NCBI GenBank assembly: GCA_034421295.1
Contig: DAOUKM010000003.1
Coordinates: forward strand, 10,915-74,914
DNA: 64,000 nt
Reading direction: 5' to 3'
DNA from: Dehalococcoidia bacterium
Lineage (GTDB): Bacteria > Chloroflexota > Dehalococcoidia > Lucifugimonadales > UBA2962
Notes under the pieces: model-generated
Database searches by the model: none
Told to the model about the DNA's origin: nothing
What the model saw: the letters and a program-made list of their open reading frames with translations, nothing else
Translations under genes and position numbers: made by a program
Shown: piece by piece, positions 1 through 8,423 of the stretch
Layout: each line of letters begins with the position of its first letter
Position numbering within the stretch: the stretch's first letter is position 1

Positions 1-1
1 C

Positions 2-454
2 TGCCCCGACATATGCCCGGTCGTGGCCGGCCACCTTGCGGACCTGCGAGACGAGCTGTCCGGGGAACCGGGGCTGATGGACGGGGTCTCCATCCTTGTG
101 GTGAGCGTAGACCCGGAGCGCGACACGGTCGATCGCGCACGGGAGTACTCAGACTGGTACGGCATGCTGGACGACTGGAGCTATCTGGTCGGCGAGCGCG
201 AGCGGCTCGAGAGGATATGGGCCGATTACTACGTCTCTCCACTGCCCGTGGAGGGAGACGAGCACGCCGAATCCGATCCGATCAGCGAGGAAGGGTCAGC
301 CGATTCTCTGTACGAGCGGCTCGGCGCGGCCTACACGGTGGATCACCAGGCGCCCGTCTACCTGATAGACCCCGACGGAACTCTGCGCGTGCTGTTCACC
401 CTGCCGTTCCGCCCCGGGGACGTGGCCGAGGATGTGCGCTCGCTGCTCAGGTAG
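2..454 (+). CDS. SCO1/SenC family copper chaperone (5'-truncated by window edge)
   Basis: Frame from base 2 reads CPDICP (SCO CxxxC motif), then SVDPERDT and VDHQAPVYLIDPDG; open from the window start. Confidence 0.9.
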   Translation, partial: CPDICPVVAGHLADLRDELSGEPGLMDGVSILVVSVDPERDTVDRAREYSDWYGMLDDWSYLVGERERLERIWADYYVSPLPVEGDEHAESDPISEEGSADSLYERLGAAYTVDHQAPVYLIDPDGTLRVLFTLPFRPGDVAEDVRSLLR

Positions 455-812
455 AAGCCGGCAGGTGTTCTTTGGCCTTGGCGGCCACAGAGGAGAACCC
501 CTCCGGTTCGAGAAGGGCCAGCTCGGCGAGCATCTTTCGGTCGATCTGCGCGCCGGCGAGCCTCAGGCCGTAGATGAGCTTGCTGTATGAAAGGCCGTTT
601 TGCCGGGCTGCCGCGCCGATTCTGAGATTCCAGAGCCGACGCATGTCGCCCTTTTTCTCCCTGCGGTGCGCGTACGCGTAGCTGAGGGCATGAATCATCG
701 ATTCGCGCGCCTGCCGAAACAGCGCATGCCGGCCGGCGCGGTGGCCCTTGGTCATCTTGAGTATCTTCTTGTGGCGCCGTCGCCTGCTGACGCCACGCTT
801 GATTCTGGTCAT
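447..812 (-). CDS. rplT: 50S ribosomal protein L20
   Basis: MTRIKRGV...KGHRA...AYAHRREKKGDMRRLW...IDRKMLAELA; follows rpmI. Confidence 0.99.
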   Translation of the reverse strand: MTRIKRGVSRRRRHKKILKMTKGHRAGRHALFRQARESMIHALSYAYAHRREKKGDMRRLWNLRIGAAARQNGLSYSKLIYGLRLAGAQIDRKMLAELALLEPEGFSSVAAKAKEHLPAST

Positions 813-843
813 AGAGAGCTCTGTGAAGAGGGTTGTGCCTGCC

Positions 844-1047
844 CTAGGACAGGCTGTTTGGCAGGAGTCGCTTGAGGCGCTTCTCGTCGGCCTTGGAGAC
901 CGGCAGCTTTTGCGAGTACTGGCGCTTGGTGCTGGACGGCTTCTTGCGTCGCAGGTGACTGCGGTGTCCCTTCATGCGGCGCAGCTTGCCCGTCCCGGTC
1001 ACGTGGAAGCGGGCAGCGGCTCCTTTGTGTGTCTTTAGCTTGGGCAT
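844..1047 (-). CDS. rpmI: 50S ribosomal protein L35
   Basis: MPKLKTHKGAAARFHVTGTGK; lies between infC and rplT. Confidence 0.99.
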   Translation of the reverse strand: MPKLKTHKGAAARFHVTGTGKLRRMKGHRSHLRRKKPSSTKRQYSQKLPVSKADEKRLKRLLPNSLS

Positions 1048-1057
1048 CTGCTCTGGG

Positions 1058-1615
1058 TTATCTCGCGGCCATGGAAGGCTCTGACTTCGCCACCTTGCCC
1101 TTGGCCGGGGTCAATATCATCGTAAGGAATCGGCCCTCAAACGACGGTGCCTTCTCAACCAAGGCATCATCGGCGAGGTCCTCGGCCACCGCCTTGAGTA
1201 CCCCCATTCCAACCTCGGGGTGTGTGATCTCGCGCCCACGGAACATGACCGAAACCTTTACCTTGGAGCCCTCACCGAGCAGCCTGCGAACCAGGCGTGT
1301 CTTGGCGGAGCGGTCGTGTTCCCCGATGCGGGTCTTGAAACGGACCTCGCGAAGCTCGTTTGTCGTCTTGGCCTTCTGGGCCTTGCGGGCGCTCCTTTCC
1401 TTTCGGCTGGCCTCGTATCGGAATCGGCCGTAGTCCATGATACGGCATACGGGGGGACGCGCCGAAGGAGCAACCTCTACCAGGTCCAACCCGCGAGTCT
1501 CGGCTAGGGATAGCGCCTGACTGGTAGGCATCACCCCCAACTGGTTTCCCTCCTCGTCTACCAGCCGGACCTCTGGAATCCTTATGCGCCCGTTGACTCG
1601 ATAGTCTCTAGCTAT
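1058..1615 (-). CDS. infC: Translation initiation factor IF-3, non-canonical ATA start
   Basis: The frame extends upstream of the ORF-track start as I-A-R-D-Y-R-V-N-G-R-I-R-I-P-E-V-R-L-V (IF3 N-terminus) to ATA at 1615-1613, preceded by GGGGAG-ACAAAC. Confidence 0.96.
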   Translation of the reverse strand: MARDYRVNGRIRIPEVRLVDEEGNQLGVMPTSQALSLAETRGLDLVEVAPSARPPVCRIMDYGRFRYEASRKERSARKAQKAKTTNELREVRFKTRIGEHDRSAKTRLVRRLLGEGSKVKVSVMFRGREITHPEVGMGVLKAVAEDLADDALVEKAPSFEGRFLTMILTPAKGKVAKSEPSMAAR

Positions 1616-1698
1616 GTTTGTCTCCCCGCTACCTTACCGCCTTGGACTCGAATGATCAGTCAATGACGTACTGGCCAAGCCGAGCCTGACTGGAGTCG

Positions 1699-1707
1699 AC
1701 TATAGCA
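1699..1707 (-). promoter_or_regulatory. Extended -10 promoter (TG-C-TATAGT) for infC-rpmI-rplT
   Basis: Minus strand reads TGCTATAGT about 85 nt upstream of the infC start. Confidence 0.6.
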
Positions 1708-2076
1708 TAAGGCGTGAGGCCGGACAATGCGGCGCTCCCGACCAGATAACCGCAATTAGACGGGTGCACGCGCCCTGGCCGGGTCCGGGAGGACCCGAGG
1801 GTCGGAGCACGATGTCACATGCACGATTCGGCCTGGTCCGGTCCAGATCTAGCAGATTCACGCTCCACTTATGTGCATCTTCCGGGTAATCTATCGAGAT
1901 TCACAACCGAAGTCGAAAGTCTCGTCGGCGCGGCGGAGCTAGGGACGCACAGTTGACCGTCATAGGCGGTTAGGAATCTATCGTGGCGAGATTTGGCTAA
2001 GGCAGGAGATTACACGAGGTGCGAACAGGTAGGGCTTAGCTCGCGCACTTACTGTGGAATTCGTCGGGTAATGTGG

Positions 2077-2868
2077 CTACTCCGCCCTACCGGGCGGTAG
2101 TATGTCGAAGTCGTTTTCCCCCACTACCCTCACCTCTGGATCACCGTTACCCATGATCCCGTGGCCTAAAGCTCTGATCATAGTCGCCAAGTAGTGTAAG
2201 TCTCGCAACGTCATGGTGCCGGGTAGGTCTAGGTATGCCGCACCACCGTCTGGCAATTGTAGGGTCAGCTGGTTGCGGTCAGCGGCTGCGTCGGCGCGCT
2301 CCATTGTTGGAGTTGAGTTGACCGCAGATGCAGTCTTTGGGCTGTCGTCAATCGGCGGAGGTTCTGACGCTGACTCGCCTGCACCATGTTCGTCCCCTAC
2401 GTTGGCAAAGGCCGTGGTCTGCCTATAGGTCTTGACGGCGTTCTTCGCCGCTGCGGATGGAAATCGCTTTTCCATCTGTAGGTATTGGCTAAGTCGTTCA
2501 TCAGACTTTGGACCTAACTCGCGTAGCTCCCGAAAAAGGGCAGGTGCCAGGGCAGCTTGCTTCAGATTCTGCTGGAATTCGACGCTATCTTGACTCAGGA
2601 TGCATAGTGCCAAACCTCGCTCGGACAATATGGCTCCCCCTCCTTTCCTGCCGAGTATCAACCCGTAGTGCTTTAGCCCCCCCAGAAGCCTGTTTGCTGT
2701 TCCGCTGCGGTCGGAGTAACCACAAGCCTCTGCTGCCTCTGCCCGAGAAAACTCCTGCCGTTCGTACACTTTGTAGATCCTCTGGAGGCCATCAAAGGCG
2801 GTTTGGAGGCCTATGCTCGGATAACGTGCCCTCTTTGGGCCGGATTGTGCGGTAGTAGAAGTAGTCAT
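2077..2868 (-). CDS. Hypothetical winged-helix-type protein (DUF5343-like by recall), accessory island
   Basis: ATG at 2868 with GGGAG SD; N-terminal YPSIGL...ACGYSDRSGTANRLLGGLKHYGLI wHTH-like pattern, acidic/Pro linker, small C-terminal LPDGGAAYLDLP domain; more AT-rich than flanks by eye. Confidence 0.7.
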   Translation of the reverse strand: MTTSTTAQSGPKRARYPSIGLQTAFDGLQRIYKVYERQEFSRAEAAEACGYSDRSGTANRLLGGLKHYGLILGRKGGGAILSERGLALCILSQDSVEFQQNLKQAALAPALFRELRELGPKSDERLSQYLQMEKRFPSAAAKNAVKTYRQTTAFANVGDEHGAGESASEPPPIDDSPKTASAVNSTPTMERADAAADRNQLTLQLPDGGAAYLDLPGTMTLRDLHYLATMIRALGHGIMGNGDPEVRVVGENDFDILPPGRAE

Positions 2869-3113
2869 TGATAGCTCCCGTCGAAGAATGTAAGGTACTA
2901 GAGCGGCATATGTAAGCTTGAATAGCCCATACAAAGGGCAGTGCTCTATTACTGAAGTGATAATCACACAGCCATTGCCATTTGTCAAATATTAGGCTCT
3001 ATTTAGGCTCCTGGCTAACGCCTATATCCAGGCCATGAAGGGCCTAAGGAACATAACCGGAGCCTACAACAGTCATGCTGGCCTTGTCCCTGCCATACAA
3101 GGGGAGCGGCGTG

Positions 3114-3125
3114 CAACATATGTTC
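3114..3125 (+). promoter_or_regulatory. Palindromic operator resembling a Gram-positive-type LexA box
   Basis: CAAC-ATAT-GTTC (1 mismatch to GAAC-N4-GTTC; perfect palindrome AACATATGTT) next to a -10-like TAATAT/TATGCT upstream of the Panacea gene. Confidence 0.4.
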
Positions 3126-3215
3126 TAATATGCTAGAGTACTGCTCTGCCCAGCGTTGGGGCTAGGAAAGCCGCGTGTCTTGACGAAGGGGCAAGGGAGC
3201 AAGGAGAAAAAGGAC

Positions 3216-3692
3216 ATGGCTGACCCCGTCAGCGTATTGGATGTGGCCGCTTACATTCTCGAAAACAGCCCCGAGAAGCGGATTACGACATGGAAGCTGC
3301 AGAAACTCTGCTATTACGCACAGGCATGGTCATTGGTTTGGGATGAGGAGCCCCTGTTTGAGGAGGAGATTCAGGCATGGGCTAACGGACCAGTTGTGCC
3401 CAAACTTTACTATGAGCACCAGGGGAAGTTCCGGGTATCGGAGATGCCAGCGGGTGACTCAGCGAGGCTAGATGCGGAGCAGCGGGATACCGTTGATGCG
3501 GTGCTGAGAGATTATGGCACCATGAAGGGAGCCTCCCTAAGCGCGCTGACTCATAGGGAAAGACCGTGGCGGAGAACCAGGCGCAGGGCCAAGCTGGACA
3601 TAGGTGAGCGGGGCAGTGTGCCAATTCCCCACGAGACAATGCACGATTACTACAATGAGTTGCTGTATGACGAAGAAGAGGACGAGGAATAG
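3216..3692 (+). CDS. Panacea-domain (DUF4065/SocA-like) antitoxin
   Basis: ATG 3216 after AGGAG/AGGA; VLDVAAYIL, TTWKLQKLCYYAQAW, IQAWANGPVVPKLY, LSALTHRERPW motifs. Confidence 0.88.
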   Translation: MADPVSVLDVAAYILENSPEKRITTWKLQKLCYYAQAWSLVWDEEPLFEEEIQAWANGPVVPKLYYEHQGKFRVSEMPAGDSARLDAEQRDTVDAVLRDYGTMKGASLSALTHRERPWRRTRRRAKLDIGERGSVPIPHETMHDYYNELLYDEEEDEE

Positions 3693-4128
3693 GGTACGGA
3701 CGGCGGGTGGCAGAAATACCAAACAGAAGACTTCGTCGGAAGTAGCCAAACGGGTTGCCAAGATAGGCCTGCAAGCCATTGAAGGTCAGCATCTAGCATG
3801 GCGGTTTGGGTTACAAGACAGGGGCGGCGACTTCCCTTGGGTGGCCATTACCGAAACAGACCAAGTCGACGTAATCCGGCGGATGGCCGAGTTCGAAAAA
3901 ATGACCGTGCAGCAGATGAAGCAAGGTGGTAGCCATCACATTGTGCCATTTGAAAAGTTTGCCACCCCTATCTTTCAACGGCTAAGGGCATTGGAGCTAG
4001 ATGACTTTGACGCCCTGTGCTCGTTTCGAGTGACAGGTACAAAGCGATTCTGGTGCATCAAACTAGAGAACATCTACAGTGTGCTTTGGTGGGATCCAGA
4101 GCATAAGGTGTACCCAGTATCCAAGTAG
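3667..4128 (+). CDS. Putative toxin partner of Panacea antitoxin (RelE-like fold inferred)
   Basis: ATG 3667 overlaps the antitoxin end by 26 nt; basic N-terminus; C-terminal SFRVTGTKRFWCIKLENIYSVLWWDPEHKVYP. Confidence 0.7.
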   Translation: MTKKRTRNRVRTAGGRNTKQKTSSEVAKRVAKIGLQAIEGQHLAWRFGLQDRGGDFPWVAITETDQVDVIRRMAEFEKMTVQQMKQGGSHHIVPFEKFATPIFQRLRALELDDFDALCSFRVTGTKRFWCIKLENIYSVLWWDPEHKVYPVSK

Positions 4129-4570
4129 TAGGTAAGATAACGACGTTCTCTTAGAACTCCTGCGAACAGGAAGTCCTATAATAGAACAAGTGTGTCATTA
4201 CTTGGTCTATTCGCCAAGCTCCTAGCTGGCCATAACGAATATGACCGGCTCGCAGCATTTCCTCCATCGTTAGCCCGAATGGCGGATCCTGACGGTCATT
4301 GACCTTCCAAGCCAACTCGTCGCAGCGTAGGTCCAGATAGCTTCGCGATGCGCAGTGGAAGGTGCCGATGGTTGAGCGTTTGAGTTGCGTCTACACATTT
4401 AAGCGAGCATCACTCCGTATTTCGGACGGGCACAAAGGAATGAAATTGCAATGCTATTGATATCTCTGGGGAATCTGTCACTGATTTCCTGCGATCAGAT
4501 TGGTGTGTAAGACGTATAAGGGCCGCCACACTTGATTGACTACCGTAAATCGCATGTGTCGAATAAGCAG

Positions 4571-6316
4571 TTAGAATTCCCTTCTTGCCACCTCGTCCTT
4601 GAGCCGCTGAACGATCTCGTCTACAGGAACCGCGCCCAGATCCTGACCCGAGCGTAGTCGCAGGGCCGCCGCGTCGGCAGCCTCCTCGCGGTCGCCGACG
4701 ACGAGCATGTACGGGACCTTGCGCACCTGCGCGCTGCGTATCTTGGCTCCCATCCGGTCGTTGCCGTCGTCCAACTCCGCCCTCAACCCGGCGCCCGAGA
4801 GCCGGTCGGCGATTGACTGGCCGTAATCCCGGTGCCGGTCGGCTATGGGTATTACCACCGCCTGTACCGGCGCAAGCCATGTGGGGAAGGCGCCGCCGTA
4901 GTGCTCGATGAGAACGCCCATGAACCTCTCCATAGAGCCGAGAAGGGCTCTGTGGATGACGTAGGGCTGGTGGCGCTCGCCGTCCTGCCCCACGTACTCC
5001 AGGTCGAATCGCGCCGGCAGGTTAAAGTCGAACTGGACCGTGGTGATCTGCCAGAGCCGGCCGATGGCATCGCGGATGTGCACGTCTATCTTGGGGCCGT
5101 AAAACGCGCCCCCGCCCTCGTCTAGGGTGTAGTCGTGAGCCCGTTCATCAAGCGTCTGTCTCAGCGCCTCGGTGGCCAGGTTCCACTGGGCATCCGTACC
5201 CACAGCCTTTTCCGGCTTGGTTGCGAGCATCACCTCGAACTCTGAGAAGCCGAAGCTGGACAGCAGGTGGAAGGTCAGGTCCAGGACCCCGTTCACCTCC
5301 TCCTTGACCTGATCCTGTCGGCAGAAGATGTGGGCGTCGTCCTGGGTGAGTCCCCTCACCCGCAGAAGGCCCGCGAGCACCCCGCCGCGCTCGTATCGGT
5401 ACACGGTGCCCAGCTCCCCTGTGCGTATCGGCAGATCCCGGTAGCTGCGCAGGTCGGTCTTGTAGTAGGTCATGTGAAATGGGCAGTTCATGGGCTTCAG
5501 GTAGTAGTCCTGACCGTCCATGTCCATCGGTGCGAACATGTTCTCCGCGTAAAAGTCCAGGTGGCCCGAGGTGCGCCACAGGTCGGCCTTGCCCACGTGC
5601 GGCGTATAGACCAGGGAGTATCCTGCCGCGACGTGCTCTGCGCGCCAGAACTCCTCGATCAGGCCCCTGATGACCGCGCCCTTCGGGTGCCAGATGACAA
5701 GCCCGGGGCCCACGTCGTCCGAAATGGAGAAAAGATCCAGTTGACGGCCCAGCACCCTGTGGTCGCGCTTGCGTGCCTCCTCAAGGCGCTCAAGGTGATC
5801 GGCGAGTTCGGCCTCGGACTCGAACGCCGTGCCGTATATGCGCTTTAGCATCGGGCGGTTCTCGTCGCCCCGCCAGTATGCGCCCGCGACGCTCAGCAGC
5901 TTGTAGGCGGCGATCTTGCCGGTCGATTCGACGTGGGGGCCGCCGCACAGGTCCTCGAACGGCCCGTGCGTATAGCTGGAGATGGCCTCTTCCTCGGGTA
6001 TGTCGTCGATCACCTCCAGCTTGAGGGGTTCATCCGCGTTCATGCGCCTCGCCTCATCGCGGGGATACTCGCGGTATACGAACGGCAGGTCTTCGTCTAT
6101 AACGGCCTGCATACGGCGCTCTATCTCCTCGAGGTCGGCGGGGGAGAAGCTCCGCTCGGTCAGAAAGTCGTAATAGAAGCCGTCGTCGGTGGGCGGACCT
6201 ATTCCCAGCCTGACGTCCGGGTACATGCGGGTCACGATGTCGGCCATCACGTGCGCGGCCGAGTGACGCATCCGCTTCCTTAGTTCGACTAGCTCAGGGT
6301 CGACCCTTGCTGCCAT
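4571..6316 (-). CDS. thrS: Threonine--tRNA ligase (short form without TGS domain)
   Basis: ATG 6316 with GGAGG SD; HSAAHVMA, DLCGGPH, RDHRVLG, KPMNCP, GAFYGPKID, HRALLGSMERF. Confidence 0.99.
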   Translation of the reverse strand: MAARVDPELVELRKRMRHSAAHVMADIVTRMYPDVRLGIGPPTDDGFYYDFLTERSFSPADLEEIERRMQAVIDEDLPFVYREYPRDEARRMNADEPLKLEVIDDIPEEEAISSYTHGPFEDLCGGPHVESTGKIAAYKLLSVAGAYWRGDENRPMLKRIYGTAFESEAELADHLERLEEARKRDHRVLGRQLDLFSISDDVGPGLVIWHPKGAVIRGLIEEFWRAEHVAAGYSLVYTPHVGKADLWRTSGHLDFYAENMFAPMDMDGQDYYLKPMNCPFHMTYYKTDLRSYRDLPIRTGELGTVYRYERGGVLAGLLRVRGLTQDDAHIFCRQDQVKEEVNGVLDLTFHLLSSFGFSEFEVMLATKPEKAVGTDAQWNLATEALRQTLDERAHDYTLDEGGGAFYGPKIDVHIRDAIGRLWQITTVQFDFNLPARFDLEYVGQDGERHQPYVIHRALLGSMERFMGVLIEHYGGAFPTWLAPVQAVVIPIADRHRDYGQSIADRLSGAGLRAELDDGNDRMGAKIRSAQVRKVPYMLVVGDREEAADAAALRLRSGQDLGAVPVDEIVQRLKDEVARREF

Positions 6317-6364
6317 TTCGTCCTCCCTGGTCCTGGGCGGCTGAGAGCGCCGCATCTGGGCTGC

Positions 6365-6401
6365 AAAACAAAACCTTCCCCGGCCGCTTGCCGCAGGAAG
6401 G
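6365..6401 (-). terminator. Intrinsic terminator-like hairpin inside the thrS 5' leader (possible attenuator)
   Basis: Minus strand CCTTCCTGCGGC-AAGCG-GCCGGGGAAGG followed by TTTTGTTTT, between the promoter and the thrS start. Confidence 0.65.
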
Positions 6402-6494
6402 CTGATTGCTGAGCGGTCTTGGCCTCTTCTTGAGAAAGGCGATCAGTTGGAGGTTCCCAAGCGGCCTGCTCCTTTCAAAGGGTCTCGAATCTGG

Positions 6495-6500
6495 ATTATA
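6495..6500 (-). promoter_or_regulatory. -10 box (TATAAT) for thrS
   Basis: Perfect TATAAT on the minus strand about 180 nt upstream of thrS, just after the stop of the upstream gene. Confidence 0.6.
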
Positions 6501-6537
6501 GACCGATACATCGTCGGCCGGCTCCGGAGATTGGTGG

Positions 6538-8124
6538 CTATGGCACTGCGTAGCCGGCCATTACGCCCGTGCATACCTCATCGTCCACCGCGACCTGGCC
6601 GTTGACCAGTACGTAGGATATGCCGGTCGGATGGTGATTCGGGTCCTCGAACGTCGCAGTATCGATGATCGAGTCCGGATCGAAGACGACGATGTCGGCG
6701 AAGTAACCGTCCTTGACCCGCCCGCGGTCGGTCAGCCCGAATCGCCTGGCCGGGTTGTCGGTCATGCGCTGAATCATCGTCTCCAGGCTCATGATGTCCG
6801 GCATCTGTCGGCGCAGTCGGCCCAGGAAGCGCGGGAAGGTCCCGTAGGCCCTGGGGTGGGGAAGTCCCCCGACGGGGATCTGGTCGCTGCCCACCATGTA
6901 GTCCGGTCGGGCGAGCAGTTCCATCTGGTCGCGCGAGAGCGTCCGGGTTATGGCCACGCTCGTCGGCGGGGCACCCCGATAGCCGACCTGGAGGCCCTCC
7001 TCAAGCAGCAGGTCACATACGACGTCACCGGGAGACCTGCCCTGCAAACGCGCTATGTCGAACAGGCTCATGCCCTCAAGGTCCCGGTGCGCCGGCAGGT
7101 GGGTGAACACCATCTGGTCCAGGGGCCTGGTGTCGTAGGAGTTTATGTCCTCAACCACCCTTCGTCTCTCCACCGGGTCGCTGAGCCTTCCGATTATCTC
7201 GTCGGAGCCTCCTTCCTGTGAGACGGAGTGAAGGATCATCACGGTAAAGCTGCTGCCGATGGGATAGGGGTATAGCTCCAGGGAGGAGTCAACCTCGTCC
7301 TTTGCAGCGTCGACCGGAGCGATCTTCTCGGCGGCCGTCATCACCCCCACGTCCTCCGGGTTCGTGCGGAAGTGCGAGAAGTGAACCTTCACCCCTGAGC
7401 GTCTGCCGATCTCAAGTGCCTCCGCAACACCTCCGCCCCCAAAGCCGCGCTCGGTGTGAACGTCTCGCAGGTGGGTTACGTAAAGACCCCCTACCTCGTC
7501 TGCGGCCCTGCACAGTTCGATAAGCTCTTCGGTCGTGCTCCAGCAGTTCGGGAAGTAGGACATTCCCGTCGAGAATGCGACCGCCCCCTGTTCGACCGAT
7601 TCGCGGACGAGACGCTTGGCCTTGGCCAGATCTTCGCCGACCAGCGGCGTGTCGGTGAATCCGACGGTCTCGATGCGGACCGCGCCGTGGGCGACGCAGT
7701 ATGCGGTGTTGATCGCACACTTGCGATGGTAGTGCGACCGGAAAGCCTCCACGCTTGACATGTCCAGGTCCGCAGGGGGCAGACCCAGCAGCCCGGAAAG
7801 GTAGCGCCGGTACATCTCGTAGTTCGCCGCCGACAGCGGCGCGTACGAAAGGCCGTCCTGGCCCAGGAACTCGGTGGTTATGCCCTGTCTAATGCCGGAG
7901 GCATGCTGGGGGTCCAGCAGCAGCACACCGTCCGAGTGGGCGTGGGTGTCGATGAACCCGGGACTCACAACCTGCCCGGAGGCATCAATCGTGCGCGCCG
8001 CGTCGGCGGCCGCAAGATCGCCCACGGCCGTGATCCTGTCCCCGGATATGCCTACGTCCGCCCTGAAGGCGTCCTCCCCCGTCCCATCGATTACCGTCCC
8101 GCCTCTGATCAGTAAGTCAAACAT
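6538..8124 (-). CDS. N-acyl-D-amino-acid deacylase (D-aminoacylase) family amidohydrolase
   Basis: LLIRGGTVIDGTG, VSPGFIDTHAHSD, QGITTEFLGQDG, PHPRAYGTFPRFLG, PARRFGLTDRG. Confidence 0.92.
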   Translation of the reverse strand: MFDLLIRGGTVIDGTGEDAFRADVGISGDRITAVGDLAAADAARTIDASGQVVSPGFIDTHAHSDGVLLLDPQHASGIRQGITTEFLGQDGLSYAPLSAANYEMYRRYLSGLLGLPPADLDMSSVEAFRSHYHRKCAINTAYCVAHGAVRIETVGFTDTPLVGEDLAKAKRLVRESVEQGAVAFSTGMSYFPNCWSTTEELIELCRAADEVGGLYVTHLRDVHTERGFGGGGVAEALEIGRRSGVKVHFSHFRTNPEDVGVMTAAEKIAPVDAAKDEVDSSLELYPYPIGSSFTVMILHSVSQEGGSDEIIGRLSDPVERRRVVEDINSYDTRPLDQMVFTHLPAHRDLEGMSLFDIARLQGRSPGDVVCDLLLEEGLQVGYRGAPPTSVAITRTLSRDQMELLARPDYMVGSDQIPVGGLPHPRAYGTFPRFLGRLRRQMPDIMSLETMIQRMTDNPARRFGLTDRGRVKDGYFADIVVFDPDSIIDTATFEDPNHHPTGISYVLVNGQVAVDDEVCTGVMAGYAVP

Positions 8125-8423
8125 TCAGTCCTCAAAGTCGAATTCCACGGTCCTCCCGGACCGTCTCCGTCCTGGATATGGCCGCGATGACGGCACTCAC
8201 TATCATCCCGTGTCGGTGGAGTCGGAAGGTGACAACAGCTCCCGCGTACCCTGGCCGGTGAAAGCGAGACAGCGGGGAAACCGGTTGCCCGGCCGGAGTC
8301 TTCGGGAGGATCCGAAACGGAATGCCTGCCTGGCAGCTGAACCGTGGACGGGGCCAAGCCGTCCCGACCGAGGATCGCTCCCCATTCGCGACGCGATCGG
8401 GGTCGGCACCGATACAGGGTCGA

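Noticed and set aside
6320-6500. Canonical T-box riboswitch before thrS
   Set aside because: No UGGNACC bulge (nearest is TGGGAACC) and no room for Stem I; kept only as an unexplained attenuator.
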